DNA from: Candidatus Moraniibacteriota bacterium
GTDB taxonomy: Bacteria > Patescibacteriota > Minisyncoccia > Moranbacterales > UBA1568
Assembly (NCBI GenBank): GCA_013334575.1
Contig: JAAXXG010000007.1
Location: forward strand, 1-56,280
DNA: 56,280 nt
Reading direction: 5' to 3'
Below the pieces are notes generated by a model. It worked only from the letters and a program-made list of their open reading frames with translations. It ran no database searches and was not told the DNA's origin. Each line of letters starts with the position of its first letter. Positions within the stretch are counted from its first letter, which is position 1. Positions 37,814-47,960 of the stretch are shown here, piece after piece. A program made the position numbers and the translations under genes.

Positions 37814-39280
37814 TCACTTCTCGGAATGGGCGACCCCGGTATGACTCGGATGAGCGAGGGCCACGTTCGACTTGAGAACCTTCTTCACCGCGTCGGTCAG
37901 CTTCTCCTGGGTAACGGTCTCCTGCGTTCCCGACACCATGTCCTTCACGATAGCGGTCCCGTCGAGCGCTTCCTTCTGGCCGAGAATGACCGTCACCTCG
38001 ACGCCGAGACGGCTTGCGACGCGCATCTGCGCCTTGAGACTCCCGCGACCGAAACTCTCCGCCGCAAGGATCCCGTGCTTCTCGAGATCCGCGAACAGCC
38101 GGAGACTCTTCTTCTTCGCAAGGTCGCCGAGCTGCGCAAGAAACACGCGCGGTTTCGCGAATTCATGGGGTCGGACCTGGGTCCGCTTCATCTCGAGGAC
38201 GATCCGGTCGAGACCGAGACCGAATCCGATCGCCGGCGTCGGCTCCCCGCCGAGCTCCTGGATGAGAAGGTCGTACCGGCCTCCACCGCCCAAGGCATAC
38301 TTCTTCCCCTCGCGATCGCTCGACCAGATCTCGAACACGGTCCTCGTGTAATAATCGAGTCCGCGAACGAGACGCGGATTGATCGAATACGGGAGTTCGA
38401 GCTCGTCGAGATACTCGAGCAGCGACTTGAAATGCGCGCGGGACTCGTCGTCGAGGAAATCGAGGGCCTGCGGCGCCTGCGCCGTAAGCTGCACGCACTT
38501 GTCCTCCTTGCAATCGAGAACGCGCATCGGGTTCGTCGAGAGGCGGTCACGGCAGACCTGGCAGAGCTTGTGCTTCTGCGATTCGAGGAACCGGACGAGC
38601 GCCTTCTCGTACCGCTTGCGGGACTCCGGCGTGCCGATCGAGTTCACCTGAAACTCGATGTCGCGGAGACCGAGCTCATGGACGACCCGGTATGCCACCT
38701 GCATGACCTGTGCATCGAGGATGGGATCCGCCTCGCCGAAGACCTCGAAGTCGCCCTGCCACAGTTCGCGGTACCTGCCCTCCTGCGGACGGTCGTATCG
38801 GAATACCGGCCCCATCGAGAACAGGCGGATCGGCTTCGGAAGAACGCTCATCCCGTGCTGGATATAGGCGCGACCCATGCCGGCCGTGAATTCCGGCCGA
38901 AGCGCGACGCGGTCCCCTCCGCGGGTCTGGAACTCGTAGATCTCCTTATCGATGATATCGGTACCCTGTTTGATGGAGCGGACGAACAGATGGAGGTACT
39001 CGACCGTCGGAATATCGATGCGCTGGAACCCGTACTCCTGGGCGGCCGACGAAAGGCTCCGCCTCACGCGCTCCCAGTACGGCTGTTCGTCGGGAAGGAT
39101 GTCGCGCATGCCGCGCAGCGACTGCATAAGCAGTTCGTTCTCCGAGACGAGCGGCGCCGACACCGACTTCTTCGCGGCCTTCGGAGACGGTTTCGCAGCG
39201 GACTGTTTCGGAGAATCGGATTTCTTCTTCGCCGCCATCGTCGTCGTCTTCTTCGCGGGTACGGTCTTCTTCGGAGTCAT
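37814..39280 (-). CDS. hisS: Histidine--tRNA ligase with a ~45-aa Lys/Ala-rich N-terminal extension
   Basis: LRGMRDILP, class II motifs (FRYDRPQEGRYRE, GGGGRYD). N-terminus reads MTPKKTVPAKKTTTMAAKKKSDSPKQSAAKPSPKAAKK. Confidence 0.95.
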   Translation of the reverse strand: MTPKKTVPAKKTTTMAAKKKSDSPKQSAAKPSPKAAKKSVSAPLVSENELLMQSLRGMRDILPDEQPYWERVRRSLSSAAQEYGFQRIDIPTVEYLHLFVRSIKQGTDIIDKEIYEFQTRGGDRVALRPEFTAGMGRAYIQHGMSVLPKPIRLFSMGPVFRYDRPQEGRYRELWQGDFEVFGEADPILDAQVMQVAYRVVHELGLRDIEFQVNSIGTPESRKRYEKALVRFLESQKHKLCQVCRDRLSTNPMRVLDCKEDKCVQLTAQAPQALDFLDDESRAHFKSLLEYLDELELPYSINPRLVRGLDYYTRTVFEIWSSDREGKKYALGGGGRYDLLIQELGGEPTPAIGFGLGLDRIVLEMKRTQVRPHEFAKPRVFLAQLGDLAKKKSLRLFADLEKHGILAAESFGRGSLKAQMRVASRLGVEVTVILGQKEALDGTAIVKDMVSGTQETVTQEKLTDAVKKVLKSNVALAHPSHTGVAHSEK

Positions 39281-39314
39281 ACGTGATCGCTTAATCGCTT
39301 ACCGGTAATCGGAA

Positions 39315-39968
39315 CTAACGGTACCATTCCGCCTTCGTGATCGGCCATGCCCGCAGAAGCACTTCCCCAATCACCAGATCCCCGTCGATCGGACCGAAGA
39401 TGCGCGAGTCGAGACTGTTCATACGGTTATCGCCGAGCACGAGATACTGATCCGGACCGAGCGTGACAGGCTTCATGTCCGTCGTCACGACGGAAGAAGC
39501 CAGATACGCGGACTCGTCGAGCGTCCATCCGTCCGGATGCGCGTCGTCCGAGATAACGACCTTCCCCCGCTCTATACGGACCGTCTCGCCGGGAAGGCCG
39601 ATGACGCGCTTGATAAGATAGAGGTCTTCCTTCTGCGGGGAACGGAAGACGATCGGTTCCTGGCGGACAAGTTTCCGGAACGGCTTCACGGAGAAGATCG
39701 GGCGATCTGTCAGGCCGACGTCCGTACGCTTGTATCCGAACTCGTTCACGACAAGGTATTCCCCGTCGTGGAAGTTCGGAACCATGCTCGATCCCTGTAC
39801 GAAAAACGGCTGGAAGAGAAAGACCCTGACTGGTATGATGATGACGGCGGCAAGCACGAAGATCCTCACCATCTCGAGGAAAAACTGCCCGGCACCGAGA
39901 TCCTCGCCGGAAACGTTCGGATCGGATTTCTTTCCGCTCCGGTCATCCTGTTTCGGGTTCGTCGTCAT
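39315..39968 (-). CDS. lepB: Signal peptidase I
   Basis: VQGSSMVPNF (catalytic Ser), RVIGLPGE and VLGDNRMNSLDSR boxes. The start is uncertain: ATG at 39968 versus TTG at 40022. Confidence 0.9.
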   Translation of the reverse strand: MTTNPKQDDRSGKKSDPNVSGEDLGAGQFFLEMVRIFVLAAVIIIPVRVFLFQPFFVQGSSMVPNFHDGEYLVVNEFGYKRTDVGLTDRPIFSVKPFRKLVRQEPIVFRSPQKEDLYLIKRVIGLPGETVRIERGKVVISDDAHPDGWTLDESAYLASSVVTTDMKPVTLGPDQYLVLGDNRMNSLDSRIFGPIDGDLVIGEVLLRAWPITKAEWYR

Positions 39969-40085
39969 ACGCTCGGGAACCGTTCCGGGAATCCGTTTCC
40001 GGAGTTGGGATTCATACTTCAAACGAGGCTATGATATCACGTTTCCGGCCCGGAATCAAGTGTCCGAAGAAACTGGAAAAAAGGC

Positions 40086-41525
40086 ATGAATAAGGCATCA
40101 TCAGATTTCCGAACCATCATTTTCACCCTCTTGGCACTCATACTGTCGGGTATCGTCATCCTCGGTTTCCGCGCCGTCCGGACCGCCGAGCGGATCCACG
40201 TCGACAACGACAACGCGATCGGCAGCGTTTCATCACTGCTCCCCGGAGGAAAAAGAGAGCCGCTCCGGGGTGAGGAAAGCGGCCGCATCAACATCCTTCT
40301 CCTCGGTCGCGCGGGAACGAACCGACCGGGACAGAACCTCACCGACACGATCATGCTCGCAAGCGTAGATACCGCACAACGTCGCGTCGCTCTCCTTTCC
40401 ATACCCCGCGACCTGTACGTGCCGATTCCGGGAACCGATCTCTCGACCAAGCTCAACTCGCTCTACCAATACGGGATCTCCCAGGGTGTCGGTGCCGATC
40501 TCGTGACGGACGCGGTCGAGGACATCACCGGACAGGACATCCCCTACTACGTCACCCTCGACTTCGACGGATTCGAAAAGGTGATAGACGACATCGGCGG
40601 AATACGAATCAACTCCGAACGGGACATTCTCGACACGCGCTACCCGGGAAAGAACTACAGCTACGAGACCTTCGAGCTCCCGGCCGGGTGGCACACGCTC
40701 GACGGCGCGACCGCGCTCAAGTACGCGCGCGAACGCCACGACGATCCCGAAGGCGATTTCGGTCGGGCCAAACGACAACAGCAGATCCTGAAGGCGTTCC
40801 AGGAAAAAGCGCTTTCCCTACGAACCTACGCCGACCCCTTCACGGCAAACCGTCTCCTCGACACCCTCGGCGACAGCGTCCGCACCAACCTCACGATGAG
40901 CCAGATCGCGAGCCTCATCGAACTCTCGAAAACCGTCGACATCCGGAATGCCGGAACGGCGGTCGTCGACGCCTGGAAGCCGGAAAGCCTCCTGCGCGTC
41001 TCGCACCTCGACATGAACGGCGTCCGGGCCTTCATCCTCGTCCCGCGGACGGGAAACTGGAACGAGATCCGCGACCTCGCGAAGAACATATTCGACAAGG
41101 CCGATCTCGATCGGAAACGATCGGAAATGGCGGACGAGTCGGCGACGATCGCCGTGATCTCCCGACCGGAAGACGCCCGGATCGCTTCCAGACTCGCGGC
41201 GACGCTGCGCGACGCGATTCCCGCGAAGGACGTCGTGACCGCGACGACGACCGCGACAAGACCGGCCCGAACGACGGTCGCCGACCGGACCGGCATGAAG
41301 ATGCCGTTCACGTTCGACGCGCTCCTGTCGAGCTTCTCGCTCGAACGGACCGACGAGATCCCTGGAACGCTTCCCGCGGCGTCCAAGAACGCCGACTTCA
41401 TCGTAACGGTCGGGACCGATTCGACGACGCGCCCGCTTCCGGAGTCCACCCTCGGCGAATCTCCCGACGACGAGAAGGACGGAAACGACTTTTCGGAATA
41501 CTTCACCCCGCAGGCACGACGATAG
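40086..41525 (+). CDS. LytR-CpsA-Psr (LCP) family cell-envelope phosphotransferase
   Basis: N-terminal TM helix, then INILLLGRAG...NLTDTIMLASVD and ALKYARERHDDPEGDFGRAKRQQQ motifs. Confidence 0.88.
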   Translation: MNKASSDFRTIIFTLLALILSGIVILGFRAVRTAERIHVDNDNAIGSVSSLLPGGKREPLRGEESGRINILLLGRAGTNRPGQNLTDTIMLASVDTAQRRVALLSIPRDLYVPIPGTDLSTKLNSLYQYGISQGVGADLVTDAVEDITGQDIPYYVTLDFDGFEKVIDDIGGIRINSERDILDTRYPGKNYSYETFELPAGWHTLDGATALKYARERHDDPEGDFGRAKRQQQILKAFQEKALSLRTYADPFTANRLLDTLGDSVRTNLTMSQIASLIELSKTVDIRNAGTAVVDAWKPESLLRVSHLDMNGVRAFILVPRTGNWNEIRDLAKNIFDKADLDRKRSEMADESATIAVISRPEDARIASRLAATLRDAIPAKDVVTATTTATRPARTTVADRTGMKMPFTFDALLSSFSLERTDEIPGTLPAASKNADFIVTVGTDSTTRPLPESTLGESPDDEKDGNDFSEYFTPQARR

Positions 41526-41588
41526 AAGTGGGACGCGACGACCCCGCACGCTTGACGCCACGATACGACCGGATGACAATGCAACCGT

Positions 41589-42128
41589 ATGCCTTTCCCG
41601 AAACTCATCGTCGGACTCGGTAATCCCGGAAGCAGCCACGAAAGAACCCGCCACAACGCCGGGTTCCTGTTTCTCGATTTCCTCGTGCGGGAATGGGGAT
41701 TCCCGCCTTTCGAGTCCTCGGCGAAATGGAAAGGCTCCGTCTCCACCGGCTTGCGCGGAGGAGAGAAGGTCATCCTCCTCAAGCCCGAAACCTTCATGAA
41801 CCGTTCCGGCGAGAGCGTCCGCGCCGTCATGGACTTCTTCAAGTTCTCGCCGCGGGATATCGTCGTCATCCACGACGACCTCGATGTCCCGGCCGGAACG
41901 TTGAAGACGACGGAAAGCTCCCGTGCCGCGGGACACAACGGCGTCGCCGACCTTATCGAGAAGCTCGGCACGCAGGACTTCCGCCGAGTCCGCGTCGGCA
42001 TCGGCCGGCCGTCCGACGGAATGCCAGCCGACGCCTACGTCCTCGCTCCGTTCTCCGACGAGGAGCGAAAGACGCTCGAGAGTCTCTTCCCGGAAATCGA
42101 GAGTCTCATCGGAGGAAAAACCGAATAA
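41589..42128 (+). CDS. pth: Peptidyl-tRNA hydrolase
   Basis: LIVGLGNPGSSHERTRHNAGF and VIHDDLD motifs. Confidence 0.95.
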   Translation: MPFPKLIVGLGNPGSSHERTRHNAGFLFLDFLVREWGFPPFESSAKWKGSVSTGLRGGEKVILLKPETFMNRSGESVRAVMDFFKFSPRDIVVIHDDLDVPAGTLKTTESSRAAGHNGVADLIEKLGTQDFRRVRVGIGRPSDGMPADAYVLAPFSDEERKTLESLFPEIESLIGGKTE

Positions 42129-42209
42129 GCTTCACGAAAAACCGCCACCGAAGGGCGGATTTTCGATCGCACGTCATCTGTTGTAAGTCGCGAGTCGTCA
42201 GTTCGGCAC

Positions 42210-42767
42210 TTACGCCCGCGAGACGTAGGTCCCCTTCTCGGTATTCACGATAAGCCGGTCTCCGGCGTTTATGAAAAGCGGGACGGTCACGGTAAGACCG
42301 TTCTCGAGAACGACTACCTTGTCGCCACCCGAGGCGGTGTCGCCCTTGATGCCCGGAGGCGCCTCCTTCACTTCGAACTCCATCTTCACCGGAAGCTCGA
42401 CGTTGATCGCGCGGCCGGCATAGTTGAGTACGGTCACCTCGGTCCCCTCGATGAGGTACTTCGTCGCGTCTCCGAGGGTCCCCGCGGGGATCGCGAACTG
42501 CTCGTAGCTCTCCGAGTCCATGAAGTGGTACTCGTCACCTTCCGGATAGAGGAACTGCGCGGAAGACTTCGTCACTTCCGCCTCCTCGAACTTGTCCTTA
42601 TCCTGGAAGGTGTATTCGATGGTCGCCCCGGTCAGGAGGTTCCGGAGCTTGGTCCGCATGACCGCGCCGGCACGGCCGGTCTTGGAGTGCTGGTATTCGA
42701 GCACGACGTACGGCTGACCGTCCCAGACGATCTTCTTGCCGTTCTTGATATCGGTGAGTCCGAGCAT
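42210..42767 (-). CDS. efp: Elongation factor P
   Basis: 185 aa, YQHSKTGRAGAVMRTKLRNLLTG motif. Confidence 0.95.
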   Translation of the reverse strand: MLGLTDIKNGKKIVWDGQPYVVLEYQHSKTGRAGAVMRTKLRNLLTGATIEYTFQDKDKFEEAEVTKSSAQFLYPEGDEYHFMDSESYEQFAIPAGTLGDATKYLIEGTEVTVLNYAGRAINVELPVKMEFEVKEAPPGIKGDTASGGDKVVVLENGLTVTVPLFINAGDRLIVNTEKGTYVSRA

Positions 42768-42840
42768 ATCGTGAAACGCTACTGGAACGGAAACGGGAAA
42801 GACCCGACCCCTTGCAGGAGTCGGATCCCCGGAAAACCTG

Positions 42841-43035
42841 CTACTGGATCACGTACGGGATCATTCCCATGTACCGCGCGCGCTTGATCGCGAGCGCGAC
42901 ATCCTTCTGCTGCTTCGCCGAAAGGCCGTGCCGCTTCGGGGGATAGATTTTTCCCTGGGAGTTGAGGAACTTCCGGAGAAAGTACGCATCCTTGTAATCG
43001 AGATGGTCGAGCTTCTTCTGCATCGCATCATCCAT
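42841..43035 (-). CDS. rpsR: 30S ribosomal protein S18
   Basis: DYKDAYFLRKFLNSQGKIYPPKRHGLSAKQQ motif. The ATG at 43035 is preferred over the TTG at 43068. Confidence 0.9.
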   Translation of the reverse strand: MDDAMQKKLDHLDYKDAYFLRKFLNSQGKIYPPKRHGLSAKQQKDVALAIKRARYMGMIPYVIQ

Positions 43036-43121
43036 AGGTATGATATTCGAATGAATTATCCCGAACAACCAGCTTCATCGTCGCCGGTTGCCGGTTATAA
43101 GTTAAGAATCGAGAGCCCCGC

Positions 43122-43637
43122 CTAGAACGGAACGTCCTCGATCCGGACTTCCTCCTTCTCGTCGTCGAGATTGATGGTCGGAATCTCTTCCTCGACCGGT
43201 TCCGGCTTGAAGGCTCCCGGATGGGACGGGACCGAGGTCCGGGGTCCGGCCGCCGGCGCCGCGGGACGGGCGCCCTGTCGAGGCGCGTACCCGCCCTGAC
43301 CGCCGCCCTGCGGTCGGGAACCGATCTGCATCGACTCACCGACTATCTCGGTCGTCTTGCGCTCGACGCCGTCCTTACCGACGAACGAGCGGGTCTGAAG
43401 CCGTCCTTCGAAGAAGGCTTCCATCCCCTTCGCGAGATACTGACCCGCGACCTCCGCAAGGCGCCCCCACAGGACGACCGTATGGAACTCGGACTTCTCC
43501 TGCTTCTGCCCGGTCTTGTCGACCCAGCGATGATTCGTCGCCATGCCGATCGTCGCGACGGTCTGTCCGCTCTGCGTCGTCCGCACGTCGGGATCGCGCG
43601 TCAGGCGTCCCACGAGGATGACCCTGTTCACGTTCAT
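43122..43637 (-). CDS. ssb: Single-stranded DNA-binding protein
   Basis: MNVNRVILVGRLTRDPDVR OB-fold start, Gly/Pro-rich linker, acidic C-terminal tip DDEKEEVRIEDVPF. Confidence 0.95.
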   Translation of the reverse strand: MNVNRVILVGRLTRDPDVRTTQSGQTVATIGMATNHRWVDKTGQKQEKSEFHTVVLWGRLAEVAGQYLAKGMEAFFEGRLQTRSFVGKDGVERKTTEIVGESMQIGSRPQGGGQGGYAPRQGARPAAPAAGPRTSVPSHPGAFKPEPVEEEIPTINLDDEKEEVRIEDVPF

Positions 43638-43699
43638 ATGTTTCGCGTTACACGTTTACACCTCAAGTATACACCGGCCTCAGCCGACCTGCGGGACGA

Positions 43700-44305
43700 T
43701 CAGATGTCCAGGACTTCCTTGAGCTGCTTGTCGAGATCCTCCTGGGTCACTTTCTTCGCCGCCGGCTTCGCCGTCTTCGCGACCTTCGTTTCCTTCGTCT
43801 CTTCCTTTACGGACTCCTCCTTCGCCTCGGACGTCTCGGGCCGCTCGGTGCGGACCGGGGCGCTACGGCGATCGGAGCGCTCGAACCGGCGTCCGCCACC
43901 ACGACGATCCTCACGCCGGGTCGGCTTCGGCCGCTCCTCGCGAGGAATCGCCTTGAGTTCCGGAAGGCGCTCGGCGCGGACAATCAGGAACCGGAGCACG
44001 GAAGAGTACAGGCCCAGCTGACGTGTGACCGAATCGATCGCATTCTCCTTATCGGCCTGCTTCTCGGAAAACGGCTCATCGGACGCCGTCGGAAGCGTGA
44101 ACCGACGGGCCACGTACGTACCCCGACGCTCTTTCCGGATCTCGTATGCCAGATTCCGCTTTTCCTCAGTCTCCTCCGGAAGGAAGACTCCTCCGACCCC
44201 CTTCACGATCTTTTCCACCTCCTCGCGGACCGCCGGAAGCTCGGCTTCCTTCGAATCCCCGACCAGGTAGAACAGTTCGTACACCTTCACGTCCTGTGCC
44301 GCCAT
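43700..44305 (-). CDS. rpsF: 30S ribosomal protein S6 with a ~90-aa charged C-terminal extension
   Basis: YELFYLV...EEKRNLAYEIRKERRGTYV core. ATG at 44305. rpsF-ssb-rpsR order. Confidence 0.9.
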   Translation of the reverse strand: MAAQDVKVYELFYLVGDSKEAELPAVREEVEKIVKGVGGVFLPEETEEKRNLAYEIRKERRGTYVARRFTLPTASDEPFSEKQADKENAIDSVTRQLGLYSSVLRFLIVRAERLPELKAIPREERPKPTRREDRRGGGRRFERSDRRSAPVRTERPETSEAKEESVKEETKETKVAKTAKPAAKKVTQEDLDKQLKEVLDI

Positions 44306-44428
44306 ACGGTATTCCGTATTACTGGTTATATATGCAAAAACCGGCAAGAGAGACCCCTGTGCGGTTTCTGCCCGCCCTGGTCTCCTCCGAAAAGGAGCGG
44401 GGCGGCGCGCCGGACTTTCTCTCTTGTC
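44306..44428 (-). promoter_or_regulatory. Long structured 5' leader of rpsF-ssb-rpsR (candidate S6:S18 autoregulatory leader)
   Basis: About 120 nt lie between the TTGACA-17-TACCAT promoter and the rpsF ATG. CAAGAGAGA...TCTCTCTTG stem followed by CCGGTTTTTGC. Confidence 0.35.
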
Positions 44429-44433
44429 TCCCA

Positions 44434-44462
44434 ATGGTATCAGGAAAAAGGCTCACTGTCAA
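44434..44462 (-). promoter_or_regulatory. Promoter for rpsF-ssb-rpsR (TTGACA-17-TACCAT)
   Basis: Minus-strand hexamers read directly. Confidence 0.5.
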
Positions 44463-44473
44463 ACGTCCGCCTC

Positions 44474-45745
44474 CTATTTGAAGAGGAGCTTGTAGTTCTT
44501 CGACCAGTAGACGATGCCGTTATAATAGTTCGCGTTGTACGTGCCGAGATAGCTGATGGAGGCCTTCTTGATGACGGATTCCTTGCTCGAGGTCGCACCG
44601 GCCTTCCGGAGCTTCAGCGCCATCGCCATCACCCCGTCGGTCAGGTTCCACGGGTCCGGCGTCTTGTGTCCGGTGGCCGATCGGATCTGACTCTCGTATC
44701 CCGCCCAGACATCGGACATGAACTGAGGCACTCCCATAGCCCCTCCCTGACCGATATATCCGGACGGCGAACAGGAGACCTTCTTGTTCTTGCCGTACCC
44801 GAGTTCGTCGACGAGGTCGTAGAACAGGTCGCGACGCTTGTAGAGAAGTGCGATGGACGCCTTGTATTTCGAACCGTACTTCTTGTACCGGGCGACCGAG
44901 ACCTTCTCCACCTCGGCATACGTGCACTGCCCCGTATTCGCTCCGAGATTCGTCTCCATCTTCAGGAACCCGTAGAGCACTCCCTCGGGAACGCCCGTCT
45001 CGTCGCTCGCGAACTCGACCGCCTCGCGGATATCCTTGGCATCATACGACTTGCCCGTCAGGACGGAGAGGTCGCTCTGCATCTCGGCAATCTCCTTGCG
45101 AAGCCGGTCGACGATCTTCTGCTGGTCAGCGAGATCGGCCTGCGTCTCCCGCTGGTCCGCCGCGAGGTCCTGCTTCTCGTCGAGCCTGTCGGCAAGGGTA
45201 TCCTCGTGCTCCGTCTTGAGACGCTCGAGTGTCTCCCGTTCCTGGGATGCCTGGTCCTGAGACGAACGAATATCGGCAAGTACCGCGCTCATACGTTCCC
45301 CGACGGTGAGAAGGTGACCGGGATCGTCGAGTGCGCGCGTCACTTCGTCTCCCGAAAGGACCATGGAAAAAAGCGGCTCTTCCGACTCCGCCTTCATCTC
45401 CCGCACGAGTCCGGCGAGAATGAGGCGGTTCTCCTCGATGCGCTGTTCGATGAGCTCGATCTCCGCGGCCTTCCTCTCTATGTCGGTCGTGGCCGCCGCG
45501 ATGCGGGATTTGGCCAACGCGATCGCCGCTTGCGTCGTCACGAGCGAGGAATTGATCCGGTTCAGCTGTCCGGACAGCGCGTCCGCCTTCGCCTGCGCCT
45601 TTTCGAGCTTCTTCTGCGCGCTTTCGATATCGTCCTTGAGCTCATCGGCGGAATCGGCGGCAAGCGACGGAAAAAGCGGCATCCCAAGGATACCGGAAAG
45701 GAGTAACAGGGCAACGAACCTGACGGGAGCTGAATTCCGTTTCAT
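44474..45745 (-). CDS. Secreted coiled-coil protein with a C-terminal lytic transglycosylase-like domain
   Basis: Signal peptide MKRNSAPVRFVALLLLSGILG. A ~230-aa heptad-rich region. C-terminal LKMETNLG...GGAMGVPQFM motif (SLT_2/MltB-like). Confidence 0.7.
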   Translation of the reverse strand: MKRNSAPVRFVALLLLSGILGMPLFPSLAADSADELKDDIESAQKKLEKAQAKADALSGQLNRINSSLVTTQAAIALAKSRIAAATTDIERKAAEIELIEQRIEENRLILAGLVREMKAESEEPLFSMVLSGDEVTRALDDPGHLLTVGERMSAVLADIRSSQDQASQERETLERLKTEHEDTLADRLDEKQDLAADQRETQADLADQQKIVDRLRKEIAEMQSDLSVLTGKSYDAKDIREAVEFASDETGVPEGVLYGFLKMETNLGANTGQCTYAEVEKVSVARYKKYGSKYKASIALLYKRRDLFYDLVDELGYGKNKKVSCSPSGYIGQGGAMGVPQFMSDVWAGYESQIRSATGHKTPDPWNLTDGVMAMALKLRKAGATSSKESVIKKASISYLGTYNANYYNGIVYWSKNYKLLFK

Positions 45746-45788
45746 ACGGGAATAATACCACGAAACGGGACTTGTCGGAAGACTCACG

Positions 45789-45822
45789 GAAAAATGAAAG
45801 GCCGACCCGGAAAGGGCCGGCC
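45789..45822 (-). terminator. Terminator after recA
   Basis: GGCCGGCCC-tttcc-GGGTCGGCC followed by TTTCATTTTTC. Confidence 0.7.
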
Positions 45823-45843
45823 CGTCCGAAACGTCCGCTGCCG

Positions 45844-46866
45844 CTATACGACGGCCTCTTCCTTCGCCTTCTTCGCGATCGCCTTGCCGATTTCCGCGGC
45901 GATTTTCGGATTTTCCTTGAGGAACGTCTTGGCCACCTCGCGTCCCACGCCGAGTTTCGTCTCCCCGAAGAGGAACGAGTTACCTGACTTCTTCACGACC
46001 TCGAACCGGACCCCGGTATCGACAAGGTCGCCGGAAGCCGAGATACCCTCGTTGTACATGATGTCGAACTCCGCGGTCTTGAACGGAGGAGCGACCTTGT
46101 TCTTCACGACCTTCACCTTCACGCGGTTGCCGACCACGTCCTCCCCCTTCTTGATCTGCGCGGCGCGGCGCACCTCCAGCCGGACCGACGAATAGAACTT
46201 GAGCGCCTGACCTCCGGTCGTCGTCTCGGGATTCCCGAACATGACGCCGATCTTCATGCGGATCTGGTTGATGAAGACGACCACCGTGTTCGACTTCGCC
46301 ATGATCGGGGTAAGCTTGCGCAGCGCCTGCGACATGAGACGCGCCTGCCGACCGACATGCTGGTCGCCCATCTCGCCCTCGATCTCCGCACGCGGAACAA
46401 GCGCGGCCACCGAGTCGACCACGATCACGTCGATCGCGTTCGAACGCACGAGCGTCTCGACGATATCGAGCGCCTGCTCGCCGGCATCCGGCTGCGAGAT
46501 GAGGAGTTCGTCGGTCTTCACGCCGAGACGTTTCGCGTACTCCGGGTCAAGCGCGTGCTCGGCATCGATGAACGCCGCCGTCCCGCCCATCTTTTGCGCG
46601 TTCGCGATGATATGCAGCGCCAGGGTCGTCTTGCCGGACGACTCCGGACCGTATACCTCGATCACGCGGCCCCGCGGCACGCCGCCGATACCGAGCGCGA
46701 GATCGAGCGAGACGGACCCCGTCGGGATCGCCTCGATATCGACCTTTCGGACCTCGCCGAGCTTCATGATCATCTCGTCGCCGAACTTCTCCTTGATCGT
46801 CCCGATGACCGCGTCGAGCCCGTCCTTCGATGCCGTTTTTTCCTGCTTCGCTCCTTTCGTCGCCAT
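45844..46866 (-). CDS. recA: Recombinase RecA
   Basis: [12 protein letters not shown] Walker [12 protein letters not shown]1/L2 loop regions. Confidence 0.98.
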   Translation of the reverse strand: MATKGAKQEKTASKDGLDAVIGTIKEKFGDEMIMKLGEVRKVDIEAIPTGSVSLDLALGIGGVPRGRVIEVYGPESSGKTTLALHIIANAQKMGGTAAFIDAEHALDPEYAKRLGVKTDELLISQPDAGEQALDIVETLVRSNAIDVIVVDSVAALVPRAEIEGEMGDQHVGRQARLMSQALRKLTPIMAKSNTVVVFINQIRMKIGVMFGNPETTTGGQALKFYSSVRLEVRRAAQIKKGEDVVGNRVKVKVVKNKVAPPFKTAEFDIMYNEGISASGDLVDTGVRFEVVKKSGNSFLFGETKLGVGREVAKTFLKENPKIAAEIGKAIAKKAKEEAVV

Positions 46867-46896
46867 ATGCGTGTGTTTCCGCTGATTAATGCCTGA

Positions 46897-47883
46897 TTAT
46901 GTTCCCTGACTACTCCCGTCCGGACCATACGAGACCGTCGTCGGCCCCGGTTTTTCCGAAAGCGGTTCCGCCGGACCGGATCCCGACCGCGCCAACACGT
47001 CCGGCCCCGATCCCGACCCGACCTCGATACGTTCCTTCGCCGAGAACGGCTTCTCCTCGCCGACCGGCAGCTCCCCGCTCCAGACCGTCTCGCCGTCGGC
47101 GCGCACCGTGACATACGTCGGCGCGACGGCGGAGAGAGTCAGCCGCACCGAATCCGATACGGCCGCATCGGCTCCGACATCCGCCATCGCGTCACGACCG
47201 GGAATATCCGCATTCACGGTAAGCGTCCGCTCGCGAGTCTTCCCGAACCGGTTCGTCGACGAAACGATAATCTCGTTGAGCCCCGCATCGAGCGCGAGCT
47301 TCTCGGAGAAGTTCCCCCGCTCGTCCACGGCGACCTCATCTCCGTTTATACGGACCGTCGCCCGCGGATCGGTCTCTCCTCGCACCACCGTCTCGGCTTC
47401 CCGGACCGTATCCCCGCCGTTCGGCGAAAGGATGACCAGACGCGGCTCGGAGACGAACGCCGAAAACTCGGCATACAGGTACGCGAAGAACCCGAACGTG
47501 ACCAGCGCGATCGCCGCGATCGTCAGGCCGCGCGAAGAAAGGGAAATGCGCGGCCGGGCGATTCCTCCCGGAAGCAGGCTTGCCGGAACGGGAGCGGCTC
47601 CAAGGTTGTTCCGTATGCTCCGTTCCCGCTCGTACAGACGGAGAATCGGTTCCTCGGGAATGCCGAGGTGCCCGGCATACGAACGCAGAAACCCGCGCAC
47701 GTATACTTCCGGCGGCAGTTTCCCGTAATCGCCGACCTCGAGCGCCTCGAGGTACTTCGTCTGGATTCCCGTGGCACGGGAAACCTCCGAAAGCGATATG
47801 CGGTTTTCGTCACGGACCTTGCGGAGCTTCTCGCCGAGCGTCAGCGACCCGACCCGTTTTCTGGTGAAATTCGCGGCAGCCAT
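46897..47883 (-). CDS. rodZ: RodZ-like protein (N-terminal HTH, TM helix, C-terminal DUF4115-like domain)
   Basis: LGEKLRKVRDENRISLSEVSRATGIQTKYLEALE and PEVYVRGFLRSYA motifs. ATG at 47883. Confidence 0.75.
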   Translation of the reverse strand: MAAANFTRKRVGSLTLGEKLRKVRDENRISLSEVSRATGIQTKYLEALEVGDYGKLPPEVYVRGFLRSYAGHLGIPEEPILRLYERERSIRNNLGAAPVPASLLPGGIARPRISLSSRGLTIAAIALVTFGFFAYLYAEFSAFVSEPRLVILSPNGGDTVREAETVVRGETDPRATVRINGDEVAVDERGNFSEKLALDAGLNEIIVSSTNRFGKTRERTLTVNADIPGRDAMADVGADAAVSDSVRLTLSAVAPTYVTVRADGETVWSGELPVGEEKPFSAKERIEVGSGSGPDVLARSGSGPAEPLSEKPGPTTVSYGPDGSSQGT

Positions 47884-47960
47884 ACGGGTCCACTGTATCA
47901 CATCGGTAAAACCCGCTCAAAACCGGTCGGAGAGAAGGAAAAGCGAAGCCTTTCCACCGC

